Part shown: positions 59,716 through 64,000 of the stretch, piece after piece
Layout: each line of letters begins with the position of its first letter
How positions within the stretch are numbered: the first letter of the stretch is position 1
DNA from: Thalia democratica
Taxonomy: Eukaryota
Reading direction: 5' to 3'
DNA length: 64,000 bases
Assembly (NCBI GenBank): GCA_965202585.1
Contig: OZ241830.1
Location: 44,888,001-44,952,000 of the forward strand
Program-made: the position numbers and the translations under genes
Notes under the pieces: generated by a model
Databases searched by the model: none
The model's input: the letters and a program-made list of their open reading frames with translations, nothing else
What the model was told of the DNA's origin: nothing

Positions 59716-60906
59716 CTAATAGTTAACTTTTATTTTAGAGGCAACCACCTCATTTCTTATATAAGGACCAATATCACACTTAGATTGATACTTTTCATTT
59801 AAAGGATCCTTGCTAAAGCCTTTGTTATGTTTCCAGTATTCATAGCCAGCCCAAGCAATCATTACTCCATTGTCAGTGCAGAGCTTTGGTGGAGGACAAA
59901 TAAGTTTCCAATTAAAATCATCACAAACTTTTATTAATTTTTTTCTTATATACAAGTTGCAAGCCACACCTCCTGACACAACTAAAGTCCTGTTTTGAGA
60001 AAACTTCTTGTCAAACAGCTCGCAGTATGAAATTGCTCTACTAGCCTGCCTACAAAGATGAGAAGCCAAGCTCTTTTGGAAGCTGGCAGCTATGTTTGGG
60101 TGTTCAATTTCATTCTCTTTGTCAATTAACATTTGTGTGTTGGAAAGCAGGCCAGAAAAAGAAAAATCACAAGTGTAGTCATTTTTTCTTCCATTTCTAC
60201 ACATAGGAACTAGTAGTTTAAATTTTTCACAGTTTCCTTTTTCTGCAACTTTTTCTAAATAAACACCATTTCTTTGCACTTTGCTGTCATCATTGGGAAA
60301 CAAAAGCCTTGCTATTCTGTCAATAGCAGCACCTGGTGGTTTATCTAAACATTTACCCATAATTTTGTAACTACCAAGCTCTTCTGCAGCAACAAGTAAG
60401 CAATGACCACCACTAACTAACAACGTCAAGAAAGGAAAGTCTAATTGTTCATTTTCATTGTGCTGACTCATTCTAGCTGTGAGCAAGTGAGCCTCCATGT
60501 GATTAACTGGAATGAAAGGTAAGTGATGGTGGGTAATTATCTTTTTGCTGAACTCTAACCCCTCTTTCAAACATAAATACATGCCAGGTTTTGTTGCAGT
60601 TGCTAAAGCACTCAAATCATTGTATCCAACACCTGCTTCTTTCATTGCTCTGTTAACTACAACTGGTAAGTATTGATGGTGAAATTGCTGAGCATGCCAC
60701 ACATCTACTCCACCAGTTTTAGTAAATTCATTCTTTTGAGTGATGAGGCATTCTCCAACCAGTTTACCATATGAGTTTATAACAGCTGCTCCTGTATCAT
60801 CAAATGTTGACTCTATTCCTAGGATGAAACTTCTTTTAACTGTCTTTGCAGTGGTTGTAGAAAAATGTTGTTTAAGTTTATTGAAAATTTTGTTGCTTGC
60901 ATACAT
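59716..60906 (-). CDS. OSGEPL1: Mitochondrial tRNA N6-adenosine threonylcarbamoyltransferase (TsaD/Qri7-like), single exon, 396 aa
   Basis: Continuous ORF with ILGIES..DDTGAA, metal-binding HMEAH, LLVSGGHCLL, DFSFSGL, LVVSGGVACN and CTDNGVMIAW. The basic, S/T-rich, acid-free N-terminus resembles a mitochondrial targeting peptide. Confidence 0.95.
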   Translation of the reverse strand: MYASNKIFNKLKQHFSTTTAKTVKRSFILGIESTFDDTGAAVINSYGKLVGECLITQKNEFTKTGGVDVWHAQQFHHQYLPVVVNRAMKEAGVGYNDLSALATATKPGMYLCLKEGLEFSKKIITHHHLPFIPVNHMEAHLLTARMSQHNENEQLDFPFLTLLVSGGHCLLVAAEELGSYKIMGKCLDKPPGAAIDRIARLLFPNDDSKVQRNGVYLEKVAEKGNCEKFKLLVPMCRNGRKNDYTCDFSFSGLLSNTQMLIDKENEIEHPNIAASFQKSLASHLCRQASRAISYCELFDKKFSQNRTLVVSGGVACNLYIRKKLIKVCDDFNWKLICPPPKLCTDNGVMIAWAGYEYWKHNKGFSKDPLNEKYQSKCDIGPYIRNEVVASKIKVNY

Positions 60907-63900
60907 TTTAAAACTAAAAAGAGAGACAGGGTTTCTTAGTTTTTTTGCTTAAAAAATAAATTACTAGCTTTAGATCAAGCTTGAAATTGTGTACAACTAA
61001 AATAAGTACAAATCAAACATAGAAATGCTAAGGTTTAATATTTTAAGTTATGTTAGATTTATATAAATTATTCGTTTAGTAAAAAGCTATACTTCAAAAC
61101 CTAGTTGTAGAAATAACAAAAAAACTAAGTTCTGCAGTGTATCTAATAAGTGTCATTATTTAAATAGTGTAATTTATTAAACAAAAAAAGTTTAATATAT
61201 ATATATATCTTAAGAGCTGATAAGTTAAGACTTTATTTTTGCTCGCTACATGGTTTCATAAAAAAATTAGGAAATAGTGGATAGTTTTAAATTGATCAGA
61301 AAATTAGGAACTTTTACTGTTTCATATTAGAAACATGCAGGGTAAATACATCAGTCATTTTTGAACAAATAACACTCTTGTACATCTTATTACTTTACAT
61401 AAGTAAAAATTTTATGTGATGATAGGTTTTAGTGGATGTTATTAAAGTATTAGTTTATAGAATAAGTTGATAAGAGATGTGAGCCAATCATTAGCAAGGT
61501 TTTACTGTTAAAGTTAACATTTATATAACATATATACTAGTGTAAATAATTGTATACTAAATTAGATATTTAAGATTTTACACTTAAAGTTTTTGAATAG
61601 TAAATTAAATGTTAGGATAAAGAGTTAAATTGAGGATTAAGAATTAATTTTACCAGTTAGAATAGAACTTGGCAACGTTTTTAGTCAGCAGGATAGATGT
61701 AAAAAAAATAGTATCTAGCGGGAAAGAGTATTTCAATTTTATTTAATTCACAGAAATTACTCAGTTATCCAATTAATTTTGACCACACTTGTTTTCCATG
61801 ACCTTTTTTTACTATATCTAGTTTTAATATAGTAAATTATTTAACATATATATAGTTTTAAATAGTACCTAATAGTACCTAAATAGACTTTTTTTGGTCT
61901 TCTTTTTTATTGTCAGAATATATAGTTAAAGTTTCAAAATTTGGTTAAGTGGGCCAGTTTTATACTATCGGGTCACATTTTTACCTTTTTGGGCCAAAAT
62001 CAACTTGAATTTTGTAAATATTAGCAGACTTTTTTTATTTTGCAGGCTGAATCAAGCCCATATGACTATATGTTGCCCACCTCTATTAAAAAGTGTAAAG
62101 CATTAGGCATGATAAGTGATCAATACAAAAATAGTTACTTGTACATAATTTGTACCTTGTAAAATTAAAGTGATGTTAAGAAAAAATATATTAACTTCTC
62201 TGTAAGTGTTTTATGAAGATTGGTTAATCTGCTTAATCCTTGATAAAAAAAAGTCTAATGACTATGTTATTATTGTTAAAGAAGATGAGACAAAGTTGAT
62301 TGTATTTTAGCTTACTAATACTTTTATACTAAATACAAAAAACTATTTCACAAATGTTTAGTGTATTGTTTTGTAACTTTATTTGAAGCCTAAAAAGAAT
62401 ATGTGTAGATTTGATAAGACTGTGTCATTAAAAATGATTAAAAAATTTTAGTTAAAAAAATGGTAAGCACTTTTTTTTTAATACTCACTACTGCCAATAT
62501 TGACTTTAAAAACCATAGTAACCACACCATTTTTTACCTTAGATTTTGATTTGTACTATAATTTACAACCTTATACAAGAGCAACCATAAATGTGCACCA
62601 AATTACATATATTATAAACTAGAAGGTAGAAACGGTAATATCACCACAAATAAGATGTTTATTACAAACATAACAATGCAAAACTATAACAATTTCTCAA
62701 TACTTTAATTTATAAACTTATATTATATGTGCTTGTAATTAGGTAAAAACAAAAAACAGCTTAACTTCATTTTATATTTTGTACATATACCTAAATAACT
62801 AAGTTTTAATGAACAAATCTAAAACTAATAATATATATAAACTTGTTTTAAAATCAACGAAAACCAAGCTTATTTGTACAACTTAACTTTAAAACATACT
62901 AACAAAATAAAAATAAACAAATTAATAAAAATAAACAAGTAAGATAACCATACAATGTTTTACTGTATATCCAGAAATATATATGACATGGGAAAATAAA
63001 AAATAAAGTCCTCCTTTTATCATTCTTTTTTAAAGATGAAAACATAATTTAGATTAAAGAAAAAAAATACCATAACAATCTAGTGCTGCTCATGTCCAGT
63101 AAATAAGACTGCCCACAATCAGTCTCAAAAAAGTATAAACACTATCAATAATGAACCTTATTTAACTGATAGTATAAAACACTTTAAATTTGACAACTAT
63201 CTAATTGATTTTTAAGTAAAACATATCTTAGTCCATTTTAAAGTTTTGGAAAATTGATCCAGTTTTCAAAGTTTATGGGAATTTCATCCAATAGTTTTAA
63301 AAGCTTTAAACTAGCCTGAGTTAATCTAAGTGTGTGGCAACCCTGTTAAGACCATAAAGACTTATTACTATGGAAAAAATAATGTTTTCAAAAAACCTTC
63401 TTAGATAATTGTAGATTTTGATATTAAAATTTTATAAGATTCTTTTTAGACTTTAAATTCTTAGGCTACAATTTTTTATATATACAGGGTAAAAATGTTA
63501 TTGAAAAAGATAACCATTTCTTTCAAACTAATGAAGAAAAACAAAAGTAGCACGATTCAAGTTTTACTTGATAGCCTCTTAAAACAATATAACAATTTAA
63601 ATTCAAAATATCTTCCATCTGCATAATCACACACTCATGGTTGCCACTGATCAAGCTGAGAAAAATTTCCTGACTTTTTACCAAAATTTTCCTGACTTTT
63701 CTAAATCAAACTCAAACTCCTAAACTAAACCTATTCTAAAATACATAATCTAACACTTGAAACTATATAAAGCTTTCAATCTAATTTTAATACAGGTTAA
63801 AAACAGCAGTTTTTTGCTGAATTCTATCATCAAACTTTCAGTACATCTATTGAACCATCTGTGTATGATTGATGTTTGTAATAAACAGCTCTTATCAGCA

Positions 63901-64000
63901 AAATACTTGTATTATTACCTTTTAAACACAGCTTGTCTAAAAACAGACGCAATTTTTTAGCATTTCCTAGCATAAATGTATTTAGATAAACAAGCGACAT

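Noticed and set aside
56518-59716. OSGEPL1-Rel operon
   Set aside because: Same strand, but a 3.2-kb TE-containing gap is far longer than typical trans-spliced operon spacing.
488-60906. TAA reassigned as a sense codon (in-frame TAAs at 499, 547 and in the 31-34 kb region; three intact genes end in TAG)
   Set aside because: The four intact genes together have roughly 1,800 codons with no internal TAA. In such an AT-rich genome a sense TAA would be frequent. The TAA-containing regions also hold TAG/TGA stops or frameshifts, or are unverified.
49780-63290. kB-like sites (GGAATTCC at about 49785, GGGAAACCC at about 52023, GGGAATTTCA at about 63278) suggesting Rel autoregulation
   Set aside because: Imperfect, partly inside repeats, and expected by chance at this length.

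Overview
Very AT-rich (by eye about 25% GC) eukaryotic genomic DNA from a bilaterian invertebrate. A tunicate is plausible but unproven. Four intact protein-coding genes can be assembled with canonical GT-AG splicing: G3BP (+, 5 coding exons), a BTB-BACK-Kelch gene (+, 12 exons), a Rel-class NF-kB gene (-, 7 exons) that appears to stop right after its NLS, and an intronless mitochondrial TsaD/OSGEPL1 (-). A decayed 2'-5' oligoadenylate synthetase-like pseudogene, absent from the ORF track, lies at about 32.9-34.0 kb. At 35.5-39.9 kb there is a cluster of three Penelope-like retroelement (PLE) families carrying five type I hammerhead ribozyme motifs. Four of these are in series on the minus strand, including a tandem pair 461 nt apart. 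A fourth PLE, with a mutated hammerhead, sits in a Rel intron. The rest is dense with MITEs and non-autonomous DNA transposons (hAT with 8-bp TSD, CAGGG-ended elements with 6-bp TSD, TTAA foldbacks, TA-flanked Tc1-like) and a six-copy structured short interspersed repeat. All calls come from manual translation and motif recall; no database search was run.
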